Source: Calditrichia bacterium
GTDB lineage: Bacteria > Calditrichota > Calditrichia > JAJRVZ01
Assembly (NCBI GenBank): GCA_963796965.1
Contig: CAWCNS010000004.1
Span: 1,018,300-1,082,299, forward strand
Direction of reading: 5' to 3'
Length of the DNA: 64,000 nt
Shown: one piece after another, positions 1-12,278 of the stretch
Position numbering within the stretch: the stretch's first letter is position 1
Layout: each line of letters begins with the position of its first letter
Program-made: the position numbers and the translations under genes
Notes under the pieces: generated by a model
Seen by the model: the letters and a program-made list of their open reading frames with translations, nothing else
Told to the model about the DNA's origin: nothing
Databases searched by the model: none

Positions 1-1240
1 AGGTCAAATCTTCATTCTTCACGATTTTTACCCCTGTTTTAGCGACAATTCCGTTCCATTCTATATGCTGCTTATCTAGTGGCCCAATCATTCTTCGATG
101 TGCTATACGGGTTATAAAGTTTCCATCTTCATCAACAATGTCAGCCCAAAAGTAAGAATGTTCGGTCGCCATAAATGAAAATATAATTTTTCTGGTTTTG
201 GAAGATATTGAGAAATCCTTCAGATCTGTTCCTACCCAATAATATTGTGCGCCTGATTCCTCTGCGATAAAAATTTGTCCAAATCTTTTGTATATGGTAA
301 TTCCCCTGGGAGACTGAAATTCATGATCGTCATCCCCCTTCTTCCCGAATGAAACGATATAATCAAGATTATTGCTAAATTTATGAATGCAATGGTTTTT
401 TGAATCGGTAATTACTAACTGATTATAATAATCCAGACAGGCATATGCTAAATTTACTTCAGTAAATCCAAGATTATTCATTTGAACAGATTTTATTAAT
501 TTACCTTCCAAGGTGAACTTGTTGATACGAGAATTGGAGGAATCAACAACAATCAAAAAGTTTTCTTTTATAAACGTATGTCGTTCCAAACTGTCCGCTA
601 ATACAATCGCGTTAGGTGCTTGCAGATAACCATCGAATGTAAACGCGTATTTAAAAACATTAGCACTATCAAATACCTGGATACGGTCATTTCCACTATC
701 ACTCACATAAACATCACCCCAACTAGTCATGGATACCTGTTTTGGATTACGAAACTGTCCCTCGCCATCACCCTCCTTACCAATGACCGCTACATATTCC
801 AATTGGTCCTTAGGATTGTGTAAGCGTACAATTCTGTTATTTCCCGTGTCAGCTACATAGACATCCCCTGAGCTGTTTGCACAAATTCCTTTTGGTTCGG
901 AGAGAGGAATGACATCATCTTCATCCAGTTCAAAGACACCCAGTTTCCACATAGACTTATTATAAATGATATTATTTTGCCCGGAATTGATTCCATAGAC
1001 GGTAACTTCATCATCATCATGTGGATCATCAGGATCTTCCCAGGAATCAAGTCTTACACACGCTAAACCTTGAGGATCCCGAAATTTAACACTAAATCCC
1101 ATGAGCATAAACAAGGCTGTGGGACCGGCCTTGCGAATTCCATAAGTATGCTTATATGCCGGGAAAACAAAAGTAGTTGGATTATATTCCTCTTCTGGGA
1201 GGGCTATGAGAAAAAATATAACAAGGATAATTGATTTCAC
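1..1240 (-). CDS. NHL-repeat (beta-propeller) secreted protein, partial (runs off the window start)
   Basis: Manual translation from GTG at 1240 (VKSIILVIFFLIALPEEE..., signal-like N-terminus). NHL repeats PKGICANSSGDVYVADTGNNRIV and GQFRNPKQVSMTSWGDVYVSDSGNDRIQVFD. Absent from the ORF track, presumably because there is no stop inside the window. Confidence 0.8.
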   Translation of the reverse strand, partial: MKSIILVIFFLIALPEEEYNPTTFVFPAYKHTYGIRKAGPTALFMLMGFSVKFRDPQGLACVRLDSWEDPDDPHDDDEVTVYGINSGQNNIIYNKSMWKLGVFELDEDDVIPLSEPKGICANSSGDVYVADTGNNRIVRLHNPKDQLEYVAVIGKEGDGEGQFRNPKQVSMTSWGDVYVSDSGNDRIQVFDSANVFKYAFTFDGYLQAPNAIVLADSLERHTFIKENFLIVVDSSNSRINKFTLEGKLIKSVQMNNLGFTEVNLAYACLDYYNQLVITDSKNHCIHKFSNNLDYIVSFGKKGDDDHEFQSPRGITIYKRFGQIFIAEESGAQYYWVGTDLKDFSISSKTRKIIFSFMATEHSYFWADIVDEDGNFITRIAHRRMIGPLDKQHIEWNGIVAKTGVKIVKNEDLT

Positions 1241-1281
1241 TTTTTGGGACTCAATGTTTGTAAACTAGTTTCGAATTTTAA

Positions 1282-1451
1282 GACAGGATAACAGGATCTA
1301 CAAGAGATGAAAGTATTTAAAATAACTTCGAACTCTTCGTGCCTCCTTTGTGCTACTTCGTGATATTCTTTACTAACACGAAGCCCACGAAGAGTGCGCA
1401 AAGAACTATGATGATTTTTGATTTTAATCCTGTAGATCCTGTTATCCTGTC
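1282..1451. repeat. Intergenic inverted-repeat element (21-bp perfect arms) with an inner CTTCGTG/CACGAAG inverted pair
   Basis: gacaggataacaggatctaca (1282-1302) pairs with tgtagatcctgttatcctgtc (1431-1451). Confidence 0.85.
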
Positions 1452-1469
1452 AAACAAAGTAGAATCATT

Positions 1470-3299
1470 CTAAGGGCGATTATTTTTGTGTAGATGATCA
1501 TAAAGTTTTTGGGCCAGTTCTTCAGGGAGATTGCCTTCTTCCTTGAAAATCTCAACATTGAGTGTCTCCATGTTTTTTATAGAACCAAATTTTTTTAAAA
1601 GTGCATTTCTACGTTTTTCTCCAATTCCGGGGACTTCATCTAAGGTTGATTTTATTGTACGTTTCTTTCTTTTTTGGCGGTGGAACGTTATGGCAAAACG
1701 ATGTGCTTCATCTCTGATCTGCTGCAGCAACTTAAGACTTGATGAGGTTCGTGGCAGCATCTGGGCATCAGATATGCCAGGAAGAAAGACTTCTTCCAAC
1801 CGTTTTGCTAATCCAATTATCGCCTGGTCATTGATATTCAATTTAGCCATAACCGAGAGGGCACTCGAGAGCTGTCCCTTTCCGCCATCAACGATGATAA
1901 GATCCGGGAAGTCCTTCTTCTCTGATACTAATCGGGTGTATCGGCGTTCGATGACTTCCCGCATCATTGCAAAATCATCGGGTGTAGATTTTACTCTTAT
2001 CGCATATTTTCTGTATTCAGATTTTTTTGGGCGCCCATTCAAAAAACAGACCATTGAGGCCACAGGATCACTTCCTTGAATATTGGAGATATCAAAACAT
2101 TCAATTCGTTTTGGTGTTTTCGGGAGGCGAAGATCGCGCTGCAGGGATTTTAGTACATGGGGTACATAATCTTTCGATTTCATTTTTTGAAGTTTTAATT
2201 CTTCTAATAAATACTTTGCATTCTTCTGACACATGGTGATCAACTTCTTTTTATCACCAACTTTAGGTACATGAATTGAAACACGAGATTCGACTCTTGA
2301 ATTCAACCATTTCTCAGTAACTTTTTGCTGTGCAATTGGCTCCGGTAAAAATATTTCTCGTGGTATCTCGTCGTTACCTGTATAGAATTGATTTATAAAA
2401 TGTGATAATATCTCGGGGGAAGATTTATGCAGAACAGAGGAGAGATAATAATGTACCCGATTTATAACTTTCCCTTCCCTGATCTTAAAAATTACAGCAC
2501 AGGCATCATCATCTTCATGGGCCATTGCAAATACATCACGGTCCTCCAGATCAGACATAACGATCTTTTGAGAATTTCTGTATTTTTCCAGGACCTCAAT
2601 TTTATCCCTGATCCGTGCGGCTTCTTCGAAATTTTGATCTGCGGCACATAAATGCATTTCATTATCAAGTTGCTCTTTAATATGTGATGTTTTGCCGCGT
2701 AAAAATTCTCTTACCCGCATTATGGTTTCATTATATTCATTCTTGGTTTGTAGTTGCTGACAGGGACCTTTACATTTTTTGATATAATATTCCAGACAAA
2801 GTGAGACTTTTTTATTTTTGATGGTAGTTTTATTTAAATCATACTTACAGGAACGAATGAAAAAAATGCGTTTTAATGTGGTGAGAGCATCCCTCATTTC
2901 CTTCACATTGGTATAGGGGCCAAAATAAGTTGAACCATCGCGTATTATGTTTCTCGTTGGAAATACCTGAGGAAAATCTTCTGCAGTTATCCTGATGAAT
3001 GGGAAACTTTTATCATCTTTCAAATTAACATTATATTTCGGCCGGTGTTCTTTTATAAGATTAGCTTCGAGAATTAATGCCTCAACCTCTGAATCAGTTA
3101 TAATAAACTCAAAATCATAAATTTTCCTGGACATGATCAAAATTCGGGGATCAAGGTCTCTTGATTTTTGAAAATATGAGCGAACACGGTTGCGAAGATT
3201 TTTTGCTTTGCCTACATACAGTACTATTTTCTGCTTGTCCTGAAAGAGGTATACGCCGGGTTTGGTGGGGAGATCTTTTAACTTATCATGTACTGGCAT
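1470..3299 (-). CDS. uvrC: Excinuclease ABC subunit C
   Basis: GIY-YIG N-terminus (PGVYLF...YVGKAKNLRNRVRSYF), RIECFDISN, DGGKGQL, RDEAHRFA, C-terminal HhH GIGEKRR. Confidence 0.98.
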   Translation of the reverse strand: MPVHDKLKDLPTKPGVYLFQDKQKIVLYVGKAKNLRNRVRSYFQKSRDLDPRILIMSRKIYDFEFIITDSEVEALILEANLIKEHRPKYNVNLKDDKSFPFIRITAEDFPQVFPTRNIIRDGSTYFGPYTNVKEMRDALTTLKRIFFIRSCKYDLNKTTIKNKKVSLCLEYYIKKCKGPCQQLQTKNEYNETIMRVREFLRGKTSHIKEQLDNEMHLCAADQNFEEAARIRDKIEVLEKYRNSQKIVMSDLEDRDVFAMAHEDDDACAVIFKIREGKVINRVHYYLSSVLHKSSPEILSHFINQFYTGNDEIPREIFLPEPIAQQKVTEKWLNSRVESRVSIHVPKVGDKKKLITMCQKNAKYLLEELKLQKMKSKDYVPHVLKSLQRDLRLPKTPKRIECFDISNIQGSDPVASMVCFLNGRPKKSEYRKYAIRVKSTPDDFAMMREVIERRYTRLVSEKKDFPDLIIVDGGKGQLSSALSVMAKLNINDQAIIGLAKRLEEVFLPGISDAQMLPRTSSSLKLLQQIRDEAHRFAITFHRQKRKKRTIKSTLDEVPGIGEKRRNALLKKFGSIKNMETLNVEIFKEEGNLPEELAQKLYDHLHKNNRP

Positions 3300-3328
3300 A
3301 ATTTCTATTAGGCGAATCTTTCAAAAGA

Positions 3329-3727
3329 TTATGATTCGCAAAGTTCAATTAATATTCCATTAAAACTTAACGGATGGAGGAAGGCGATACGGGTATTCTT
3401 TGCTCCCTTTCTTGGAATTTCATCTATTAACTCAAAACCTCTCTCTTTTAATAGTTTGAGCGATTCATCCAGATCCGTAACGGTAAAAGCGATATGATGA
3501 ATAGCATTCTTGTGTTTTTCCAGAAAGCGGGAAACAGGGGAATCCGGGGATGTAGGCTCAATATATTCTATTGCAGAGTCAGAAAACTTAAAACCGGCGA
3601 TTTTGACTTTTTGGTCAGGTACCTCTTCTAAAAAAGTGGGCTCCAACCCAAATCCTTCCTTAAATGTTTTCAGAATTTCGTTTAAATCTTTTACTGCAAT
3701 TCCAATATGGTCTATTTTGTTTAGCAA
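3329..3727 (-). CDS. mce: Methylmalonyl-CoA epimerase (VOC family)
   Basis: IDHIGIAV, IHHIAF, AFLHP...GILIELCE motifs. Confidence 0.9.
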   Translation of the reverse strand: MLNKIDHIGIAVKDLNEILKTFKEGFGLEPTFLEEVPDQKVKIAGFKFSDSAIEYIEPTSPDSPVSRFLEKHKNAIHHIAFTVTDLDESLKLLKERGFELIDEIPRKGAKNTRIAFLHPLSFNGILIELCES

Positions 3728-3855
3728 ATTATTCTACCAATTTATTTATGTACTCAAACCCGGCAATAGATATCAATAATAAATAATATGTAATTAGTAA
3801 TTGGTTACTGGTAATTACCCTTTACCCTTAGCCCTTTGCCTTTTGCCTTTTTTTT

Positions 3856-5319
<1,464 letters not shown>

Positions 5320-5500
5320 CTATCCTAACTATCAAATAAAATTTCCTCGTATATAAAACCGGCAGGAAAATCCGTATAGTTGAAAATTATTTAACAATTA
5401 ATTTAAAGAATTATCTTTAGATAAAAAAGTGAAAGGGGTGAAGAAGATGAATTAGATTTATTGAATTGAATTCTGGTGTTTTGCGAATAAAAAAAACGAT

Positions 5501-5554
5501 TGACCTCCTCCTTGTCACCCTCCTTACTAAGGAGCGGGAATCAGGGGGAGGTCA
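5501..5554. repeat. GC-rich hairpin/REP-like element
   Basis: tgacctcc...ctccttactaaggag...ggaggtca nested palindrome. Confidence 0.6.
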
Positions 5555-5675
5555 TTGTTTCAGCATAGCGCTAAGAGCAGAGTGTATAGCGTTTGAGATC
5601 ATCTGCCTTGCGCCATCCGCTTTGCGTTTTAAAAGATCTTGACCATTTCAGTAATGCTACCAAGGACTCTTTCCC

Positions 5676-7241
5676 TTATGACAGCGGACCACAGATATCT
5701 TCCACAATAGAAATCAATTGTCCTGATTGGACAATTGACTTTGCAATATTCATATCTTTATAAATCTGACGATCATCCTTCCAGAAAGGAATTTCAGAGC
5801 GAACCACTTCTAATATAGACCCCGTAACTTTTGACGGATTTAAGGGTGTTCTTAAGTCCAGGGCCTGGCAGGCAGAGAGGAGTTCAATCGTAAGTACAGC
5901 TTCCAGATTATCTACAATTTGAATCGCTTTCCTTGCTGCATGAGTGGCCATACTCACATGATCTTCCTTGTTAGCCGAAGTTGGAATACTATCAACAGAG
6001 GCAGGGTGAGCCAAAACTTTGTTTTCTGATGTGAGTGCCGCGGCGGTAACATGGGCGATCATAAATCCGGAATTTAATCCACCTTCGCGGGTAAGAAATC
6101 CGGGTAGTTGACTAACATTGGGATCCTGCATGTGTTCAATGCGTCTCTCTGAAATACTAGAAAGATCTGTTAAAACAATACTCATCAAGTCACAGGCATA
6201 ACTGATCGGAGCGGCATGAAAGTTTCCACCAGAAATAACATCTCCTTTTTCGCTGAACACAATCGGATTATCTGTAACACTATTAATCTCGCGGGTTATT
6301 ACGCCTTCCACATAATTAATAGCATCCCGGACTGCACCATGGACCTGAGGGATACAGCGCAGACTATACGCATCCTGAACCCGGGGATCATCGGTTTTAT
6401 GGGAGTCTACAATTGGGCTTCCGGAAAGAATTTTTCTAATATTGGCAGCAACTGATCGCTGACCGGGATGAGGTCGTATTTTTTGAACGCGGGCTTCAAA
6501 TGGTGTCAATGTCCCGAGTAAAGCCTCCACTGTGATAGCACCAATGATATCAGCGATTTTTAACAGATCTTTTGTCCGCATTAAGGCCCACAAGCCCAGG
6601 GCTGTACTAACCTGTGTACCGTTTAATATAGCCAAACCTTCTTTTGCCCCAAGAACGAGAGGATTTACATCATACAATTTTAGGGCTTTTTTAGCGCTTA
6701 TAAGTTTCCACTTTTCTTGTCCCTTTTTCCCGCTTTGATTTATAAAGGCTTGACCTTCACCCATTAAAACCAGAGCCATGTGAGCTAACGGGGCAAGATC
6801 ACCACTGGCCCCGACTGAGCCTTTCTCAGGAATCGCAGGGGTGATTTGATAATTGAGCAATTTAATCAGTTGTTGGATTACCTCAATCCTGCAGCCGGAA
6901 TATCCAAGAGATAGGGATTTAATTTTTAATAATAAGACTAATCGTACAATTTCCTGGGGAATAAAATCACCGTAGCCGGCTGCGTGGCTATAGACAAGAC
7001 GGTTCTGAAGTTCTGCGACTTTATCTTTATCGATACGAACTTCAGAGAATTTCCCAAACCCGGTGTTCACACCATAGACAGGCTGATCAGATTTAATAAT
7101 ATTGCTGATTAATTTCTGTGCTTTCGAAATTTGTGAAGTTGAATCTTGTGAGAGTACTACTTCAATATCTTTATGAATAAAATCATGAATTTGCTCTAAG
7201 GACAATGTTTCAGAATTGATAATAATAGATTGTACGGCCAT
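5676..7241 (-). CDS. hutH: Histidine ammonia-lyase
   Basis: YGVNTGFG, MIO-forming GSVGASGDLAPLAH, VQDAYSLRC, SGGNFH, SANKEDHVSM. Confidence 0.95.
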   Translation of the reverse strand: MAVQSIIINSETLSLEQIHDFIHKDIEVVLSQDSTSQISKAQKLISNIIKSDQPVYGVNTGFGKFSEVRIDKDKVAELQNRLVYSHAAGYGDFIPQEIVRLVLLLKIKSLSLGYSGCRIEVIQQLIKLLNYQITPAIPEKGSVGASGDLAPLAHMALVLMGEGQAFINQSGKKGQEKWKLISAKKALKLYDVNPLVLGAKEGLAILNGTQVSTALGLWALMRTKDLLKIADIIGAITVEALLGTLTPFEARVQKIRPHPGQRSVAANIRKILSGSPIVDSHKTDDPRVQDAYSLRCIPQVHGAVRDAINYVEGVITREINSVTDNPIVFSEKGDVISGGNFHAAPISYACDLMSIVLTDLSSISERRIEHMQDPNVSQLPGFLTREGGLNSGFMIAHVTAAALTSENKVLAHPASVDSIPTSANKEDHVSMATHAARKAIQIVDNLEAVLTIELLSACQALDLRTPLNPSKVTGSILEVVRSEIPFWKDDRQIYKDMNIAKSIVQSGQLISIVEDICGPLS

Positions 7242-7258
7242 GTTTATTCCTTCTTTAT

Positions 7259-10246
7259 TTATTCAAATTCTGACATAGGTCTGGCAGGTTTCTTGCCCTT
7301 GGTAAACCAATCGTGCAAACCCTGGATGAGATCATTTTTATCTCTAAAGATTGAAGCTTCAACTGGAAGAGAATTGAGAAACTGGGAGCCATATTGCATG
7401 CGACTCAGGCGGTTATCACATACGAGAACGGCACCAAAATCTTCTTTGTGTCGGATCAATCGGCCAAATCCTTGTCGAAATTTAATAATCGCTTCGGGAA
7501 CAGCATAATCCATAAATGGATTTCCTCCGGACTGTTTAATTTTCTCCATTCTTGCCGCAATAAGTGGCTCTGTAGGCACATCAAAAGGTAATTTCGTGAT
7601 AAGTAATAGTTCTAATGCTTCACCGGGAACATCAACACCCTCCCAGAAACTATCCGTACCAAATAGAATTGAATTCTGATACTCTCGGAATTGATTAATA
7701 ATATTTGTTCTGCTGCCACTTTTTCCTTGAGCAAGTAATAATATCTTCTCACCCTCAAAGTATTGTTTTAATTGCTGATAGAGGTGATTTAGAGTAGAAT
7801 AACTTGTAAAAAGAGCTAACATACCCGTGGAATGGTTTTTATGAGTTTCTTTGATCATTTCCGCCAATTGGTCAACAAATCTCTCACTCCTGGGATCGTC
7901 CAGATAGTCAGAGACGCCCAGCATAATTTGACTATCATAATCAAAGGGTGAACCAAGTATCGTGGATTGAATTTCCCGGTTTTTAAGGAGATCCAAACCT
8001 ACACGCTGTTTAAAATAGTTAAATGATTCATTGACGGTAAGTGTGGCAGAGGTAAAAATGGCTGTATTTAGATTGTCATACACCTGGTTTTTAAGTAATT
8101 CCGCCACATTTAGTGGTACGGCGTAGAATGTGACATCATTGCTTTCTTTTCTAAAAGGCAGCTCAAGCCAGTATACGTGTTGATCATTTTCGGCTTTCAG
8201 ACAGAATTCAAAGGCTTCAAATAGATTCTCAAGTTCTGATTCAATTGATATAAACTCTCGATGAATCTGATCCTGAAATTGAAAACTATCAGCACGAATA
8301 TCAACAAAAACCTCCAGAATATCGGAAAGACGTTTTCTGGTGTTTTGCAAAGAAATCTTGAGTTCATCAATCAGATTAGATAGATCGTTGAAGGGACGGA
8401 AATTTTTATGATACCTGATTTTCTTCTCGTCATTTCCATTTTCTCCTGATTTTGCATGTTTCAGGCGGAGAGCCTGGCTGAGCTCATTAAAAAAGCTACG
8501 TGTTGTTCTTTTCAGACCAATACATTCTGTTTTTAGACGTGAGATTCCTTTAAAGAGGGGGCTGGCTATGTGGTCCGGAAGATGGGTCTGGGACATCCGG
8601 AATTCTAATTGAACCAGGGCTCCGGTTTTGCGGGGCTCTTCTTCATACAATTTATAGTAAGCATTTCGGAAAGACCACCAATTGAATCTTACACCAAGAT
8701 AATCAGCTGCTGTTTTTTCAATGTTGTGGGCTTCATCGATAACAATATTATGGTATTCGCCAAGGATTGAATTATCAGTTACAACATCAGAGAACAACAG
8801 GGAATGATTAACGACAACGATATCGGCTCTTCTGGCATTATTTCTGGCCCGCATTAAAAAGCAATCATTGTAAAATTTACAAGTTCGACCCGGGCAATAA
8901 TTGTTTTCAGCAATCAATTTTGTCCATAATCCAAGGTTTTGATTTAACTGAAAGCCATTATTTTCAGAAATATCTCCGGTTTGGGTTTGTTCTGCCCATA
9001 AGAGGAGAGGTAATATCCTCGTGCGTTCAGCGCCTGTCAGTCGCTGATCCATGTCAATTAATGTCGCTTTCCACTTATCAAGACATAGATAATTGGATTT
9101 TCCTTTTAATAAAACGGCTTTAAATTTTTGATCACTGATGGCATAAACGCTGGGAATATCTTTAAAAAAGAGTTGTTCCTGTAAGTTCTTGGTGTTTGTA
9201 CTAATGACAACACGTTCGCGGTTTGCTCTGTTTGTAACGGCCCATTCTACTGAAGGGAGTAAATAGGCCATGGATTTACCAGTGCCTGTTCCGGCCTCAG
9301 CGACTAAGAAATTGCCGTTAGAGAAAGAATCAGCAACAACCCTGGCCATGGTAACTTGTTGATCCCGTTCCTCGTAATTATCGATTAGTTGTGATAGGGA
9401 TCCTTCATGAGATAAATATTGGACAATTTTCTGGTCATCAACCGGTTGGTTGGCAACTTCCATTTCAATTGGTTCAGCTATGTAGTCAGCTTCACCGATG
9501 ATATTGTAAAACTCCTGGGCATAGGTAATATTTTCAGCAAGGCCGGCCGTTGAAACTTCAATATTTTGTGCAATCTTCGCATCCAATATTGGTTGAAAAT
9601 AGTTTTTTACTCTGGCACTTTTACGGTATAGCAGTCTGATAATAGATTTTAAAAGGGGTATATCACAGGCCACTGTCCGGGCAATAAGTTCGAGGAATAT
9701 CAAACCGGTTGCCCGCGCATCCTCTGTAGCCCTGTGCGCATTTTCCAGGTTTATTTCAAAATAGTTGGCAACAGCACCTAATTTAAATTTTGGTAAGAAA
9801 GGCAAAAAAATGCGCGAAAGAAATAAGGTGTCAATTCGCAGGTTTGTGAGATATTTGAACTTCTGGGCATCATTTTCCCAATGATCAAAATCCTGGTGTA
9901 CCTGACGAAGATGATATTCCAGAAAGGAGATATCGAAATTTACCTGATGACCAATGAGGGGGGAATGTCCAATAAACGATTGGAGTTCTTCAAATTTATC
10001 ATCTATCTTTGGTGAATCCTTTACCTGATCATCGCTTATCCCGGTCAATTTGGTAATAAAATCGGGGATGGGTCTTTCCGGGTCAATAAGTGTCTCAAAT
10101 GTTTCTTTTTCCACACCGTTTACAAATCGAACTGCTCCAATTTCAATGATCTTGTCTTGAGTAGGTTCAAGACCTGTAGTTTCCAGATCAATAACTACAA
10201 AATCATCGAATTTTATTTGACGCAACAAATCAGCTGATAAAGTCAT
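7259..10246 (-). CDS. dinG: DEDDh 3'-5' exonuclease fused to DinG-family ATP-dependent helicase
   Basis: N-terminal DLETTG...HRATEDA exonuclease; EAGTGTGKS Walker A, IDEAHN, FTSATL, FWEGVDVPG, QGFGRLIR. Confidence 0.9.
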   Translation of the reverse strand: MTLSADLLRQIKFDDFVVIDLETTGLEPTQDKIIEIGAVRFVNGVEKETFETLIDPERPIPDFITKLTGISDDQVKDSPKIDDKFEELQSFIGHSPLIGHQVNFDISFLEYHLRQVHQDFDHWENDAQKFKYLTNLRIDTLFLSRIFLPFLPKFKLGAVANYFEINLENAHRATEDARATGLIFLELIARTVACDIPLLKSIIRLLYRKSARVKNYFQPILDAKIAQNIEVSTAGLAENITYAQEFYNIIGEADYIAEPIEMEVANQPVDDQKIVQYLSHEGSLSQLIDNYEERDQQVTMARVVADSFSNGNFLVAEAGTGTGKSMAYLLPSVEWAVTNRANRERVVISTNTKNLQEQLFFKDIPSVYAISDQKFKAVLLKGKSNYLCLDKWKATLIDMDQRLTGAERTRILPLLLWAEQTQTGDISENNGFQLNQNLGLWTKLIAENNYCPGRTCKFYNDCFLMRARNNARRADIVVVNHSLLFSDVVTDNSILGEYHNIVIDEAHNIEKTAADYLGVRFNWWSFRNAYYKLYEEEPRKTGALVQLEFRMSQTHLPDHIASPLFKGISRLKTECIGLKRTTRSFFNELSQALRLKHAKSGENGNDEKKIRYHKNFRPFNDLSNLIDELKISLQNTRKRLSDILEVFVDIRADSFQFQDQIHREFISIESELENLFEAFEFCLKAENDQHVYWLELPFRKESNDVTFYAVPLNVAELLKNQVYDNLNTAIFTSATLTVNESFNYFKQRVGLDLLKNREIQSTILGSPFDYDSQIMLGVSDYLDDPRSERFVDQLAEMIKETHKNHSTGMLALFTSYSTLNHLYQQLKQYFEGEKILLLAQGKSGSRTNIINQFREYQNSILFGTDSFWEGVDVPGEALELLLITKLPFDVPTEPLIAARMEKIKQSGGNPFMDYAVPEAIIKFRQGFGRLIRHKEDFGAVLVCDNRLSRMQYGSQFLNSLPVEASIFRDKNDLIQGLHDWFTKGKKPARPMSEFE

Positions 10247-10347
10247 ATTGGTTTCCTGTGATTATTTGAATTTAACAAAAAGGATTGATTCACTGCAATT
10301 GAAAAGGTAGGTATTCAATGATAGGTTTAAAAAAGAATGACAAATTA

Positions 10348-10373
10348 TAGAGGCGCTCAGTTGAGCGCCTCTA
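10348..10373. terminator. Hairpin downstream of the POT transporter gene (probable terminator)
   Basis: tagaggcgctca-gt-tgagcgcctcta perfect stem. Confidence 0.55.
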
Positions 10374-10403
10374 CTACCGTGGTGATGTAAAAACACATAT
10401 TAT

Positions 10404-12052
10404 CTAATGGCTGCCCGTATGTTCCAGAACAACGCGCCGAAGCCATTTTACCATCAGCCAAATGGCGATGGCACCTACCATGGCGCCGGCAAAATTAATC
10501 AGGAAGAAATATTCTTTAAGGGCAATAGTATCCCACAATCCGGCAATTACACCCGACATTTTGTTTCCGATCGATGTTGCGAGGAACCAGCCACCCATCA
10601 TTAAGGCCGTTAGTCTTGGTGGGCTCAGCTTTGATACCAGGGAGAGCCCCATCGGACTTAGAAAAAGTTCTCCAATAGTAATGACAGCATAGTCCGCCGA
10701 TCAGCCAGGCAGGCGAACTTTTCTCGAGACCGTTCTGAGAGGCAAACACAGCTGCAACCATGATGAGGGTTGAGGCGGCGGTAATAAACATACCCCAACC
10801 AATTTTAGCCGGTGTCGACGGCTCCTTCTTTTTTCGTCTCAGAAATGCAAAAAAGGCAACAACCAGGGGTGTTAATATCACCACAAAACCAGGATTAACG
10901 GATTGAAAAATTTCTGTAGATATGAGACGTAAAGTGACAGTCTCTTCTGAATTTTTCCATTCTGACTCATCAAGATTATTAAAATAGGGATGTGGTCCTA
11001 CATCGGTTATGGCAAGGCCCTTTTCGTCAACCATCGGTATGCCATGGGCATCCAGTTTCGGCACATCGCGTGGACTGGTATCTACAATCTGTACCATACC
11101 AAATGTCTTAGCCACCGGTTCAACAACAGCAGGCATACTACGGTCGGTATAGCTCTCTGCCCAAATTGTGAGAGCTGTTGCATTCTGATGAAAGATAGCC
11201 CAAAAAATGACCACGACAGCAAAAATAGAAAGAAGGGCGGCAATTGGGGCTTTATCCTCCTTAGATCCCCGAAACCATAAGGATAAATAAAATAATGTGA
11301 CCGGTATACTTGCAAAAATGAAAGCATCAGTTGAATCTGAACCAAAAATATTGTCAGGAATAAACCATCCAATTGCACCAAATACCAGGAGTGGTCCAAA
11401 AACAGTTGCGAATATTTTTGAGAGTGGCATATCCTCTGGATTAGTCGGTTTTAATACATCGGCTTCCCTTACATTTTTCTGCCCACTCATAAACCAGATG
11501 ATCCCAAATATCATTCCAATTCCTGCAGCGGCAAATGCATATCCCCAACCATAATAATTTCTTAGATAAGCAGCTGACGAAATTACAAACAAATGCACCG
11601 ATATTTATGCCCATATAAAAAATGTTATAGCCGGCATCTTTAAAATTTTTATACTTTTCTTCGCCATACAAATTCCCCACTAATGTGGATATATTAGGTT
11701 TGAAAAATCCATTTCCCATGATAACAAGAAATAAGGATATCCAAAATGCATTTTCTCCCGGAATAGCCAATCCAATATAACCTATGGCCATCAATGATCC
11801 ACCGAGTACAATAGAATTGCGATAACCCAGGACACGATCTGCAAGTAACCCACCTAGAAATGGTGTCAAATAGACAAGGGCAAGGTAAGTACCTAAAATA
11901 TCTGATGCTTTAGCCCGTCCAAAACTCATGCCACCACTGGAGGTATCGGTCATATACAGGAAAAAGATTCCAAGCATAAGATAATACCCAAACCGTTCCC
12001 ACATCTCAGTGAAAAATAACGTCATTAATCCTTTTGGATGATTTTTTAACAT
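10404..12052 (-). CDS. POT/PTR family oligopeptide:H+ symporter (MFS), split by about 2 frameshifts (~11575, ~10690)
   Basis: HPKGL..LFFTEMWERFGYY, GNGFFKPNISTLVG, FYMGINIGA, FQSVNP, PMGLSLVSKLSP distributed over three consecutive ORFs. Confidence 0.9.
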
Positions 12053-12278
12053 ACCATCTCCTCAACAGGTTACACGTGTCATTGTCAATTGATTTAAAGC
12101 GCTAATGGTACTTATTTTTTAAGAGGAAATCAACCAATTTATAGTATCTTTCAGTTAATCAGTCAAAATGTTCCACATGCAAAGACGCTGTCAAAGAGTC
12201 CTCCCATATATTTCTCTGCGGTGTTGCGTCGCTGCGTGAGACAACCATATTAAAGAAGATGTTTGTGGAATAGGCAGA

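Noticed and set aside
620..1050. Short ORFs 620-823 (+) and 853-1050 (-)
   Set aside because: They overlap the NHL-repeat reading frame, in another frame or on the other strand.
1531..2079. 182-aa + strand ORF inside uvrC, and similar antisense ORFs in guaB (4850-5356), nqrA (17202-17717) and clpB (44974-45561)
   Set aside because: Antisense shadows of conserved genes with no recognisable motifs.
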